Source: Candidatus Doudnabacteria bacterium
Lineage (GTDB): Bacteria > Patescibacteriota > Doudnabacteria > UBA920
Reading direction: 5' to 3'
Assembly: GCA_963788395.1 (NCBI GenBank)
Contig: CAWBGV010000031.1
Location: 7,116-71,115 of the forward strand
Length of the DNA: 64,000 bases
Part shown: piece by piece, positions 14,514-23,481 of the stretch
Numbering within the stretch: position 1 is the stretch's first letter
How the letters are laid out: each line of letters starts with the position of its first letter
The notes under the pieces: model-generated
The model's input: only the letters and a program-made list of their open reading frames with translations
Databases searched by the model: none
Told to the model about the DNA's origin: nothing
Position numbers and translations under genes: made by a program

Positions 14514-14735
14514 TTAAAAACTCCTGGTGGGCAAGAGGTTAAAAAACCACAAAAACGCTAAAATACAAAGTAACAAGCCAAACAAGCGCCAAAACGTGTA
14601 GGTACCGGCCGCCACGCCCGTGCCTAAATACTTTTCCGCCCAATCCACCTTACCCGTATTATTGGTAATTAGCACCGTGTAGCGCATACACAGTATCCCA
14701 AGAATAAACACAATCGGCGCAAGAAAAAATCTCAT
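14514..14735 (-). CDS. Hypothetical small membrane protein (2 TM) between the two tRNA genes
   Basis: 73-aa ORF on the same strand as the flanking tRNAs, with hydrophobic helices, followed by a long AT-rich hairpin (~14398-14500). It may not be a real gene. Confidence 0.35.
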   Translation of the reverse strand: MRFFLAPIVFILGILCMRYTVLITNNTGKVDWAEKYLGTGVAAGTYTFWRLFGLLLCILAFLWFFNLLPTRSF

Positions 14736-14902
14736 AAAGAAAAATTTTGATATTTAACCCACTGCTGTTCCCGATTGGGGTAAGGGGCAACATTACGAAC
14801 GTAATGGAGTCCGCCCGAGGCGGACGGAATGAAGTGAGTAATGATTGACCCGTTTTTGCGGGGCAGGCGCGCATCCATTCAAGGCCTATCCCTAGGCGTT
14901 AC

Positions 14903-14979
14903 TGGTGGGCGATTGAGGAATCGAACCTCAGACCTCGTCATTATCAGTGACGCGCTCTAACCATCTGAGCTAATCGCCC
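14903..14979 (-). tRNA. tRNA-Ile (anticodon GAU), CCA encoded
   Basis: Reverse complement is gggcgattagctcagatggttagagcgcgtcactgataatgacgaggtctgaggttcgattcctcaatcgcccacca, with anticodon loop ct-GAT-aa. Confidence 0.9.
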
Positions 14980-15010
14980 AGGGAAAAGCACTGAATGTTT
15001 TTTGCTATAT

Positions 15011-15105
15011 GTAGAAAGTTATCAAGTGGAAAGTTATAAAGGAAATGGATTTCAAGATGAATAAGCCCTTATTGCTTGATAACTTTATGCTTGATAACTT
15101 CCAAC
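15011..15105. repeat. AAGTTATNAAG-unit hairpin (family member 1), in the leader of tRNA-Ile
   Basis: The left arm gtagaaagttatcaagtggaaagttataaagg pairs with ccttattgcttgataactttatgcttgataacttccaac. Confidence 0.6.
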
Positions 15106-15136
15106 TTAACTGGAATTATAGCAAATAGCGCTTATT

Positions 15137-15165
15137 TTGACAACTAGTCAAAAATATATTATGCT
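15137..15165 (+). promoter_or_regulatory. Sigma70-type promoter (TTGACA-N17-TATGCT) for the pilM operon
   Basis: -35 at 15137-15142 and -10 at 15160-15165. Confidence 0.4.
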
Positions 15166-15224
15166 GAATATAACATTTCTCTTAAAAAGTCCTGAAATCA
15201 AAATAAATTTAGTCTCCTTTTAGG

Positions 15225-16235
15225 ATGTTCTTCTCCAAAACAAAATCTATTTTAGGAATCGATATCGGTACCTCTAATATTAAAGTAGCGCAAATTTCTC
15301 ATTCTGGACAGCCCTTGCTGGAAACCTATGGAATTGTCAATGTTCCCTATCAAATCGGCACCAAAAACGACGAACGGGTCATAGCCAACATGGGATCCAT
15401 TTTACGGACCCTTATCCAGCGTTCCGGAGCTACCGCCAAGCGCTGTATTATCAGCTTTCCCAATAGTTCCGTGTTTACCTCGGTGGTAGAATTACCTAAA
15501 ATGACCGAAAACGAGCTAAATTCCGCCGTAGAATTTGAGGCAAAAAAATATATTCCCTTAACTTTAAGCGAAGTTGACCTATCCTGGAGTATTATAGCTA
15601 ACACCGGCCAAGATAATATGCAGAAAGTTTTGTTAACTGCTGTACCTAAGCAGGTAACTCAAAACTACATGAAAGTTTTTGAACTGGCCCAACTAGAACC
15701 GGAGGTCGGCGAAATCGAAGCCTTGGCCCTTATTCGATCATTAATCGGAAGCGTTCCCATAAGTTGTGTTATAATTGATATAGGAGCTAAAAGCACCGGG
15801 CTAAATATTATTGAAAATGGTTTTTTGCGGCTTTCCAGAAACCTCAACGTTGGCGGCGATACCGTCACCAATAAAATTGCTCAGTCACTGCACATAAGTA
15901 CAGTACGGGCCGAGCAGTTTAAAAAGGATTTCGGAGTCAGCGGCACAACTTTTATTCCGGAAACGATTAAGCCGGTGCTCGACGTTATAAAAAGTGAAAC
16001 AAAACAGCTGTTAACAATCTACCAATCCCACAACATGCAGGTTGAAAAAGTGCTGTTGGTAGGCGGGGGAGCCAGTCTGCCAGGGATCATTGGCTACTTT
16101 GGTGATTTAGGGGTTAAAATTGAACTTGGTAATCCGCTCCAGGCGATTGGTTACGCGAAAGAGATGGAGCCTGTTCTAAAGCGGTACGCATTAAATCTCC
16201 CGATTGCGATTGGATTAGCCTTGCGCAATGAATAA
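15225..16235 (+). CDS. pilM: Type IV pilus assembly protein PilM (actin-like ATPase fold)
   Basis: ILGIDIGTSNIKVAQI..., a second phosphate motif IIDIGAKSTG, and LLVGGGASLPGI. Confidence 0.85.
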   Translation: MFFSKTKSILGIDIGTSNIKVAQISHSGQPLLETYGIVNVPYQIGTKNDERVIANMGSILRTLIQRSGATAKRCIISFPNSSVFTSVVELPKMTENELNSAVEFEAKKYIPLTLSEVDLSWSIIANTGQDNMQKVLLTAVPKQVTQNYMKVFELAQLEPEVGEIEALALIRSLIGSVPISCVIIDIGAKSTGLNIIENGFLRLSRNLNVGGDTVTNKIAQSLHISTVRAEQFKKDFGVSGTTFIPETIKPVLDVIKSETKQLLTIYQSHNMQVEKVLLVGGGASLPGIIGYFGDLGVKIELGNPLQAIGYAKEMEPVLKRYALNLPIAIGLALRNE

Positions 16236-16276
16236 TAAAATAAAATTAAAAAATATTTCCACTTTCTACTTTTTTC

Positions 16277-16846
16277 ATGCCGCAAATTAATCTTTTAAAA
16301 CAAAGCTCCACCACATCCCACATTATGAGGGGGAGTCTTAATGGAGTTTTGGTTAAAATTTTGGCAGTAGTGTTAGTCGGTGTCTTGGGCTGGTACGCCT
16401 GGATGTTTTTTGAAACCTCTAAAATTTCGGCCAGTAACGACGCCTTAGCTATCCAGATAAGCCAGGAGCAAAACCAATTAAAGAATTTTACGAATCGCAG
16501 CGAAATTTTAACGCGCCAAGCCCAGTTGCAGCAATTTAATACTTTAGTCGAAAATCATATTTACTGGTCAAACCTATTTCCAGAGTTAGCCCGGGTTACT
16601 CTCCAGGGCGCCGATTACACCGCTTTGAACGCTACCAATGACGGCACTATCAACGTTTCGGTTGCCGTACCGAATTTAGTGGACTTGGATAATTTTTTAC
16701 AAGTTTTTGATCTAACCGATATCAATAAAAGTTTTAGCAATTTGACGATTGGTTCGGTCAGTCAAGATAGTATAACCAATACCGTCCGGGTTGACGTTAA
16801 GTTTAATTTTGACACAGGCTTACTTCAATACCACACAGGCAATTAA
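16277..16846 (+). CDS. pilN: Type IV pilus assembly protein PilN-like
   Basis: N-terminal MPQINLL (the INLL motif that binds PilM), a single TM segment, a coiled-coil region, and its position after pilM. Confidence 0.7.
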   Translation: MPQINLLKQSSTTSHIMRGSLNGVLVKILAVVLVGVLGWYAWMFFETSKISASNDALAIQISQEQNQLKNFTNRSEILTRQAQLQQFNTLVENHIYWSNLFPELARVTLQGADYTALNATNDGTINVSVAVPNLVDLDNFLQVFDLTDINKSFSNLTIGSVSQDSITNTVRVDVKFNFDTGLLQYHTGN

Positions 16847-16879
16847 CAGTTCGGGCGCGACAGCGCTTGATTGGAACCT

Positions 16880-17497
16880 ATGAATATCCCTATTCCGAAA
16901 CAGATGTTTAAGACTCAGGCCCCCAAAAGCGGCATGACCTTTAATATTTGGCACGTTGTTTTGCTGGCTGCGGTTATTGGTATTTTGATTTGGCAGTTTT
17001 GTTTGCCAAAGCTCAACGCCATGCAAGCCGCTCAAGCCACGGCCACTACGCTCAAGAGCCAGCAAACCAACATCACGAACAGTCAGGATACTCTTAAGTC
17101 ACTGCAGGCAAAAATCCAAAATGGCAGCAATAGCCTGGCTGAATTAGACGAAGCACTGCCGCTCCAAAGCAATACCATAGTCCTGCAGCTCATTTTACAG
17201 CAGCTGGCTTCGTATTCCAATATTACGCTTAACAGCATTTCAGTTACCGATAATAGCAGCTCAATCATTGCTGGTAACCGAGCTCTTTTAGCCGATCCTT
17301 ATGATGCTTCCCGCAGTTTAAAAACCATTAGTGTTAATTTGGCGGTAACCGGAACGTTCCCCCAATTTGAAAATTTCCTGCAAAAATTAGAAGATAGCGC
17401 CCGGATTATGGATATTCAGGAATTGGGTATCACCGCCGGAAAAGGCGACCAGTTGAATATTACCCTGTCCTTGACCGCTTATTATTACGCCCCCTAA
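16880..17497 (+). CDS. pilO: Type IV pilus assembly protein PilO-like
   Basis: TM segment WHVVLLAAVIGILIWQFCL, then a coiled coil and a ferredoxin-like C-terminal half, positioned after pilN. TTG 16871 is an alternative start. Confidence 0.6.
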   Translation: MNIPIPKQMFKTQAPKSGMTFNIWHVVLLAAVIGILIWQFCLPKLNAMQAAQATATTLKSQQTNITNSQDTLKSLQAKIQNGSNSLAELDEALPLQSNTIVLQLILQQLASYSNITLNSISVTDNSSSIIAGNRALLADPYDASRSLKTISVNLAVTGTFPQFENFLQKLEDSARIMDIQELGITAGKGDQLNITLSLTAYYYAP

Positions 17498-17501
17498 GTC
17501 T

Positions 17502-17804
17502 ATGAACAAGAAAAATATTGAACTCGTTATAATTATCGTTGCCTTTCTGGGCACCGGTTTGGTGTTGTATAACGGCTTGCGCGGCACGAGCCCGACAGCA
17601 GGTAATCCGCTGGTGTCCGTAAATTCCACCGCTACTTCTACTGCGAGCGTGCTTCCGTATGGCAATAATTTAGATTTTACTATTTTGCAAAAAAATAGTC
17701 TTAATTATAACCTCATCAATTATCCGCAGGTCAACGAGAATGCGGTAGGTGTAGACGTAAATACTCTTATTCACCCATTGCCTACCCCCCTCCCGGCGCA
17801 GTAG
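17502..17804 (+). CDS. Hypothetical membrane-anchored protein in the PilP position
   Basis: 100-aa ORF with an N-terminal TM segment (LVIIIVAFLGTGLVLY), tightly packed between pilO and pilB. No motif recognised. Confidence 0.45.
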   Translation: MNKKNIELVIIIVAFLGTGLVLYNGLRGTSPTAGNPLVSVNSTATSTASVLPYGNNLDFTILQKNSLNYNLINYPQVNENAVGVDVNTLIHPLPTPLPAQ

Positions 17805-17824
17805 AGACTTAAATCACCACTTCC

Positions 17825-19576
17825 ATGGCCCAGCCAGTTACAACCAACTCCACTGCCTTTGAGCAGTTTTTGGTCAACAATGGTTTTATTGCCGCTCAGG
17901 TTCTGACCGAATTGCAGGCAGCCCAAGCCCAAACCGGAAAAACGATTCAGCAGCTGCTGCTGAGTCAGCAGGTTCTGGACGAAGAAGACTTGGCTAAAGC
18001 CAAGGCGGCTTTTTTTAATTTACCCTACGTAGATTTGCGGAAAAATCAAGTGCCTTCGGAAGTTTTGAGTTTAATCCCCCAGGAATCGGTGAATTTTTAT
18101 AATATTGTTCCGTTTGAGCTGAGCGACAAAACTCTGAAAGTCGCGATCATGGACCCGACCAACCTTTCAGCCCTGGAAGCTTTGGAATTTTTAGGACAAA
18201 AACAGAATCTCCAGGTCCAGCTCTATTTAGCTTCGGAGTCTTCCATCGATATAGTCATTGGGCGCAAAAAGAACCTCAAAAAAGTTGCGGAGCAGGCTTT
18301 AAAAGATATTCAAACTAAGGAGCAGACCGAAAAAAGACCGGCCGGAGGACTGAAAGAAGCCGATAAACCCCAGCAGGTTATTGAAGAAGCTCCAATTATT
18401 AAAATTGTCGACGTCATTTTAGCCAACGCCATAGAAGGGAATGCCTCGGATATTCATATTGAGCCTTCGGAAAAAGACGTTCGTGTCCGGTACCGGATCG
18501 ACGGCATGCTCCATACCTCGCTGATGCTGCCCAAAAGTGTGCACGCGGCTATCATGACTAGAATTAAGATTCTTTCGAACTTAAAAATTGATGAATCCCG
18601 CTTGCCGCAAGACGGCCGGTTCCATATGGACGTGGGCAAAAAATCGGTGGATTTGCGCGTTTCCATCCTTCCGCTCATTTATGGCGAAAAAATCGTCATG
18701 CGTATTTTGGACAAGAGCAGTAAAGCGCCGACTTTGGAAGATTTAGGATTGCGCGGCCGCGGTTTGAAGTGGGTCCAGGAGAATATTAAAAAAAATCACG
18801 GCATTTTTTTGATTACCGGTCCAACCGGCAGTGGGAAATCCACGACTTTGTATTCAATCCTCACCATTCTGAATCAGCCGAACGTTAACATTATTACGTT
18901 GGAAGATCCGGTGGAATACTTTATAGATGGAATTAACCAAAGCCAAATCAACGCCGATATTGGATTGACTTTTGCTTCCGGTTTGCGCAGTATCTTGCGG
19001 CAAGATCCGAATATTGTCATGGTTGGTGAAATTCGGGATAAAGAAACCGCCGAAATCGCGGTCCACGCCGCGCTGACCGGTCACTTGCTGTTTTCTACCC
19101 TCCACACCAACAACTCCATCGGCGCCATGCCGCGTTTGATCGACATGGGGATCGAACCTTTTTTACTGGTAGCTTCGGTTAATATAGTCATGGCTCAGCG
19201 CCTGGTGCGGAAAGTTTGTCCGGACTGCAAGAAGGAAATGCCGGTCAGTAAGCCGATTGAAGAAGAAATTAAAAAAAGCCTGATTGGCGTACCCCCGGAA
19301 TATTTGGAAGGTTTGGATCCAAAAAATATCAAAATTTACAAAGGCCAAGGCTGCGAAAAGTGCGGGCATACCGGCTACGTTGGGCGATATGGGATTTTTG
19401 AAGTCTTGCCGGTCGTACCGGAAATTCAAGATTTAGTTATGGGCAAAGCGTCAGCCCACACCATATACGAAGCTACTTTAAAAATGGGGATGATTACCAT
19501 GCAGCAAGATGGGATGATTAAAGTCATGCGCGGCGAGACCACCATCGATGAAATTATCAGAGTGACTACCGAATAA
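17825..19576 (+). CDS. pilB: Type IV pilus assembly (extension) ATPase PilB/GspE family
   Basis: N-terminal T2SSE_N-like domain, Walker A GPTGSGKST, Asp/His boxes (MVGEIRD, LVFSTLHTN) and a tetracysteine motif CPDCKKE...CEKCGHTGY. Confidence 0.9.
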   Translation: MAQPVTTNSTAFEQFLVNNGFIAAQVLTELQAAQAQTGKTIQQLLLSQQVLDEEDLAKAKAAFFNLPYVDLRKNQVPSEVLSLIPQESVNFYNIVPFELSDKTLKVAIMDPTNLSALEALEFLGQKQNLQVQLYLASESSIDIVIGRKKNLKKVAEQALKDIQTKEQTEKRPAGGLKEADKPQQVIEEAPIIKIVDVILANAIEGNASDIHIEPSEKDVRVRYRIDGMLHTSLMLPKSVHAAIMTRIKILSNLKIDESRLPQDGRFHMDVGKKSVDLRVSILPLIYGEKIVMRILDKSSKAPTLEDLGLRGRGLKWVQENIKKNHGIFLITGPTGSGKSTTLYSILTILNQPNVNIITLEDPVEYFIDGINQSQINADIGLTFASGLRSILRQDPNIVMVGEIRDKETAEIAVHAALTGHLLFSTLHTNNSIGAMPRLIDMGIEPFLLVASVNIVMAQRLVRKVCPDCKKEMPVSKPIEEEIKKSLIGVPPEYLEGLDPKNIKIYKGQGCEKCGHTGYVGRYGIFEVLPVVPEIQDLVMGKASAHTIYEATLKMGMITMQQDGMIKVMRGETTIDEIIRVTTE

Positions 19577-20010
19577 TGCTTATGCCGTACGTTTACAAGC
19601 AAAAATTTAATATCGCCGACCTGGTCCACTTGCCGCCGTCAGAAACCGGAGTGGTCATATATGAGCCGGAAGAATATTTAGCGGCCCTTTACGGGTACCA
19701 TTTACAATTGGCCGATTTTACGGTCAAGTTTTGCCGACAGTTTTCTCAGCTTCCCGCGGTGGTTCGGACGTATCAACCCCAAGCTCTCCTGCTAAATCCG
19801 CAGTCTGAACGAATGGCTCTGTTTAAACCTTTAATCCAGCTGCTTTTAAGGGATACGCCGTCGCTAAAAGTGATTACCATCAGCCTGTCTATAGAACCGG
19901 AAAAAATCAAACAGCTTATGGCGTCGGGCGTAGTTAGTCACATCGACCGCCACCTGACCCAGCCGCGAGATGTCGTCCATATTGTTCGTTTGGTTACGGG
20001 AAGAGCATAA
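19576..20010 (+). CDS. Hypothetical protein, possible degenerate CheY-like receiver (pseudo-receiver)
   Basis: Its start overlaps the pilB stop (TAATG). The alternating beta/alpha pattern VVIYEP...FTVKFC...ALLLNP...KVITISLS...GVVSHIDRHL resembles a receiver fold, with N in place of the phospho-Asp. No strong motif. Confidence 0.45.
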   Translation: MLMPYVYKQKFNIADLVHLPPSETGVVIYEPEEYLAALYGYHLQLADFTVKFCRQFSQLPAVVRTYQPQALLLNPQSERMALFKPLIQLLLRDTPSLKVITISLSIEPEKIKQLMASGVVSHIDRHLTQPRDVVHIVRLVTGRA

Positions 20011-20137
20011 TAGTAATATGGAGTATGAAATATGAAGTATGCCGAGTTTAAATAAAACAAATACCTGCCTTATGCTTCATGCTTCATTTTACACCCCCCT
20101 TTCTAATTCCTAAATTTCTAACCCTAATCCCAATTCC

Positions 20138-21208
20138 ATGTATAAAGCCAATGAACTCGAACTGAGTAAACTGCTTTCCGTAGTTTTGGAGCGTGACGCC
20201 TCAGACTTGCACTTAATAGTCGGGGAACCGCCCATTGTTCGGGTAGATACCCAGTTGCTCCGCCTCGATACCTATCAGGTTTTAAGCAACGATAATATCA
20301 ACGAGTTTTTAAATATTTTGTTGACCCCGGTACAGAAACAGGTGTTTGCGCAGGCCATGAACATCGATTTTTCCTATGCTTTTAAAGATAACATCCGGTT
20401 CCGGGTCAATGCCTATCGCCAAAAAAATGTCACCGGAGTTGCTTTGCGGGTCGTGCCAAACCGTATTAAAAGCATTGAAGAACTGAATTTACCCCCTATT
20501 TTTCGTAAATTTTCTGACCGCAAGCAGGGATTAGTGCTGGTAGTCGGGCCGACTGGACATGGAAAATCCACAGCGTTAGCCGCCATGGTTAATGAAATTA
20601 ATAACACCCGGAGCGAACATATTTTGACGATTGAAGATCCGGTAGAATTTATTTTCACACCTGCTAAATCCATTATTAGCCAACGCGAGGTGTTAATTGA
20701 TACGCCAGATTTTCCTTCGGCTTTAAAAGCAGCTTTGCGCGAAGATATTAATGTTGTGCTTGTTGGTGAAATGCGGGATTTAGAGTCTATTTCTACAACT
20801 TTAACTATTGCGGAAACGGGGCATTTGGTGTTTGGAACTTTGCACACGAATGACGCCGGCCAAAGCATTGACCGTATTGTAGACGTTTTTCCTTCCACCC
20901 AGCAAGCCCAGGTCAGGAGTCAGTTGGCAAGCGTGTTGGTCGGAGTCATATCGCTCCGCTTGCTGCCTAAAATTGGCGGCGGCCGCATTCCCGCGTATGA
21001 AGTTTTGATTTCCAATCACGCGGTCCGCAATATTATTCGCGAAAACAAAATTTACGAGATTCCTAATGTTATCCATACCAACCTGGAAGAAGGCATGGTC
21101 CCGCTCGATAAAACTTTGGCTCTATTAGTAAAACAAGGTCAGGTAGAATTTGAAGTCGCCCAAAACTTTGTGGTGGATAACGAATATTTTCTTTCCCTGG
21201 TGTCTTAA
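20138..21208 (+). CDS. pilT: Type IV pilus retraction ATPase PilT
   Basis: About 356 aa; ASDLHL, Walker A GPTGHGKST, VGEMRD, LVFGTLHTN, and an AIRNLIRE-like HAVRNIIRE. Confidence 0.9.
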   Translation: MYKANELELSKLLSVVLERDASDLHLIVGEPPIVRVDTQLLRLDTYQVLSNDNINEFLNILLTPVQKQVFAQAMNIDFSYAFKDNIRFRVNAYRQKNVTGVALRVVPNRIKSIEELNLPPIFRKFSDRKQGLVLVVGPTGHGKSTALAAMVNEINNTRSEHILTIEDPVEFIFTPAKSIISQREVLIDTPDFPSALKAALREDINVVLVGEMRDLESISTTLTIAETGHLVFGTLHTNDAGQSIDRIVDVFPSTQQAQVRSQLASVLVGVISLRLLPKIGGGRIPAYEVLISNHAVRNIIRENKIYEIPNVIHTNLEEGMVPLDKTLALLVKQGQVEFEVAQNFVVDNEYFLSLVS

Positions 21209-21271
21209 ATAAGTAGGTAGTGGGCCCGCCTAGTTGCTACTCATTACCAACTACTCCCCACCCCCTTCCCT

Positions 21272-22477
21272 ATGAAATTTCTTTATAACGCGAAAAATAA
21301 AGACGGACTAATTAAGACTGGCACCGTGGTAGCCAGCGATCAGGTGCGTGCTGAGCAGCTTTTGGCTGAGAACGGTTTAATAATTATTAGTTTGCAGGAA
21401 CAGCAGGAAGATATATTCGAAAAGTTGGATATCTTTCAAGGTTCGGCCAGCAATAAAGATATTGTCTTGTTTTCCCGCCAATTGGCGACTCTGATATCCG
21501 CCCGCGTGCCAATAATTCAGGCTCTGCGGATATTAAGCGAACAGCTGACAAATAAATTTTTGTTAAAAACTTTGCAGGATTTGATAGCCGGCGTCGAGAA
21601 CGGCGAGAATCTAAGCACCGCCATGGCCCGCCATCCTAAAGTTTTTGGCACTGTGTATGTGAGTTTGGTTAAATCCGGCGAAGCTGCGGGCGGTCTGGAT
21701 AAGTCGTTGACCTATTTAGCCGACCAGTTGGAAAAAGATTATGAATTAAAGGGCAAAGTTAAAGGGGCAATGACCTATCCGATTTTCGTGATTTCGGCTT
21801 TATTGATCGTAGGCTTTTTGATGTTTAAATTTATTTTACCCAACCTGACCGTGACTCTGCAGGAGCAGGGGGGGACGTTGCCGCCGGTGACTTTGGCGAT
21901 TATTGCCCTGACTAATTTTATAAACCATTTTTGGTGGTTGGTTTTAATCATGATTGCCGGTGCCATTTTTGGTTTTAAATTTTGGATTAGCACCCAAGTG
22001 GGCCGCTACCAGTGGGATAAGCTAAAAATTCATTTTCCGATTATTGGCGATATCTTCCAAAAAATTTATCTGGCCCGTTTTTCCAGAAATCTTTCTACGC
22101 TTATCTTGGGCGGTATTCCTATTATTAAGTCTATGGAAATCATCAGTGACTTAATTAATAACGTGATTTATAAAGAAATAGTCATGGATGCTGTCAATAA
22201 AATTTCCAATGGCAGCGGCATCGGAGCAGCCCTGAGCGGCCACCCTGAGTTTCCGGCCATTGTTATCCAAATGGTTGAAGTGGGGGAGAAGACTGCCCAG
22301 CTGGACGACATTTTGGCTAAACTTGCGGTGTTTTATGAAAAAGAAGTTGATTCTAAAGTCTCAACCCTAACCACTTTGCTAGAACCGCTAATCATGATTA
22401 TTTTGGGTATTGGAGTAGGAGTGTTGGTGGCCGGTATTTTGTTGCCAATTTATAACCTGGCTAGTACTTCGGGATAG
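21272..22477 (+). CDS. pilC: Type IV pilus platform protein PilC (T2SS F family)
   Basis: Two T2SSF repeats (FSRQLATLISARVPI... and FSRNLSTLILGGIPI...), 3 TM segments, and C-terminal LLPIYNL. Confidence 0.9.
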   Translation: MKFLYNAKNKDGLIKTGTVVASDQVRAEQLLAENGLIIISLQEQQEDIFEKLDIFQGSASNKDIVLFSRQLATLISARVPIIQALRILSEQLTNKFLLKTLQDLIAGVENGENLSTAMARHPKVFGTVYVSLVKSGEAAGGLDKSLTYLADQLEKDYELKGKVKGAMTYPIFVISALLIVGFLMFKFILPNLTVTLQEQGGTLPPVTLAIIALTNFINHFWWLVLIMIAGAIFGFKFWISTQVGRYQWDKLKIHFPIIGDIFQKIYLARFSRNLSTLILGGIPIIKSMEIISDLINNVIYKEIVMDAVNKISNGSGIGAALSGHPEFPAIVIQMVEVGEKTAQLDDILAKLAVFYEKEVDSKVSTLTTLLEPLIMIILGIGVGVLVAGILLPIYNLASTSG

Positions 22478-22549
22478 AAGATGGGCGAGATTAGTTATTT
22501 TAATTGTTCTCCGCCAAAGGCGGATCTGCCGCTGGCTTGATAAGTATCC

Positions 22550-22700
22550 TAAAGAAGTTCTAAATTCTAAACCCTAAGTTCTAAACAAATAATAAATATT
22601 AAATTAATAAGTTCCAATGGTTTTAGAATTTGATTACTTTGAATTTAAATCTTATTTAGAGCTTAATTTAGAATAATTAGATCAATTAGAGAATATTCCC
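22550..22700. repeat. AT-rich TTCTAA/TTAGAA-unit inverted-repeat region between pilC and the pilin gene
   Basis: gaagttctaaattctaaaccctaagttctaaac ... tttagagcttaatttagaataattagatcaattagagaat. Preceded by the small hairpin ctccgccaaaggcggatc (22508-22525). Confidence 0.5.
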
Positions 22701-22749
22701 CCCGCCTGCCGATTGCCAACTACTTACTCCCCGCTGTGTATAACCGATT

Positions 22750-22778
22750 TTGCTAGTTTTAAGCCTTCCTGCTATAAT
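22750..22778 (+). promoter_or_regulatory. Sigma70-type promoter (TTGCTA-N17-TATAAT) for the major pilin gene
   Basis: -35 at 22750-22755 and -10 at 22773-22778. Confidence 0.5.
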
Positions 22779-22845
22779 AATTAATGTAAACTCATAAATA
22801 AACAGGTTACTTATGTTTATTTACTACGGATTGGGGGTGAAAATT

Positions 22846-23331
22846 TTGAGAAACAAAAATCAAAAAGGATTCACCTTAATCGAATTGTTGGTGGTTATTG
22901 CCATTATCGGTCTTTTGGCATCCGTGGTCTTATTGGCCTTAAACTCGGCTCGAGCCAAGTCTAGAGATGCAAAAAGAATTTCCGATGTCCAACAGATGGT
23001 GAGCGCCTTTGAATTGTTCTATAACGATGCTTCGTCTTACCCAACAGGTACTGGATATATTACCAGTCCGGGCGGCGCGGTACTCGGTTCAGCAACAATG
23101 CAAGCTAATAGTATTACCCTAACACCGACCTATTTGGGTCAGACCCCAACCGCTCCGTTGCCGGCTGACGGCAACTGTACCGCAGCAGCTTCGGCAGTTC
23201 CGGGAACAGCGACGAATGCCTATACCTACTGGTCTAACGGCGTAAGCTATACCTTAACATTCTGTTTAGGTGGACAAACCGGAGGTTATACCGCCGGCGG
23301 CCACTGGGCTTCTCCGCAAGGAATTCAATAA
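22846..23331 (+). CDS. pilA: Type IV major pilin (class III signal peptide)
   Basis: Prepilin motif (L/M)RNKNQKG|FTLIELLVVIAIIGLLASVVL with Glu+5. TTG 22846 has a GGGGGTG SD 6 nt upstream and gives an 8-aa leader; the alternative ATG 22813 gives an atypical 19-aa leader. There is a C-terminal Cys pair. Confidence 0.8.
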   Translation: MRNKNQKGFTLIELLVVIAIIGLLASVVLLALNSARAKSRDAKRISDVQQMVSAFELFYNDASSYPTGTGYITSPGGAVLGSATMQANSITLTPTYLGQTPTAPLPADGNCTAAASAVPGTATNAYTYWSNGVSYTLTFCLGGQTGGYTAGGHWASPQGIQ

Positions 23332-23364
23332 GTATTTTGTCCTTTATCGGTTAGACTACATGAT

Positions 23365-23402
23365 GGGAGGAGTGTGTAAGAGACTCTTATAATACTCCTC
23401 CC
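23365..23402 (+). terminator. Strong hairpin after the pilin gene (possible terminator, no T-run)
   Basis: gggaggagtgtgtaagag-a-ctcttataatactcctccc. Confidence 0.4.
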
Positions 23403-23481
23403 AGGGACAATTCGGCCATTAATTTTTAATTTAAAGTTTAAAATTAATCATTGCAAATTAATTAAAAATAAAAAATTTTTC

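Noticed and set aside
14736-14902. A small RNA between the 73-aa ORF and tRNA-Ile, and ORF 14659-14874
   Set aside because: It contains hairpins (gtccgcc-cga-ggcggac, cccg-caaaaa-cggg) but nothing matching a known RNA family by eye. The ORF overlaps the neighbouring ORF and has no start context. It is left unannotated.
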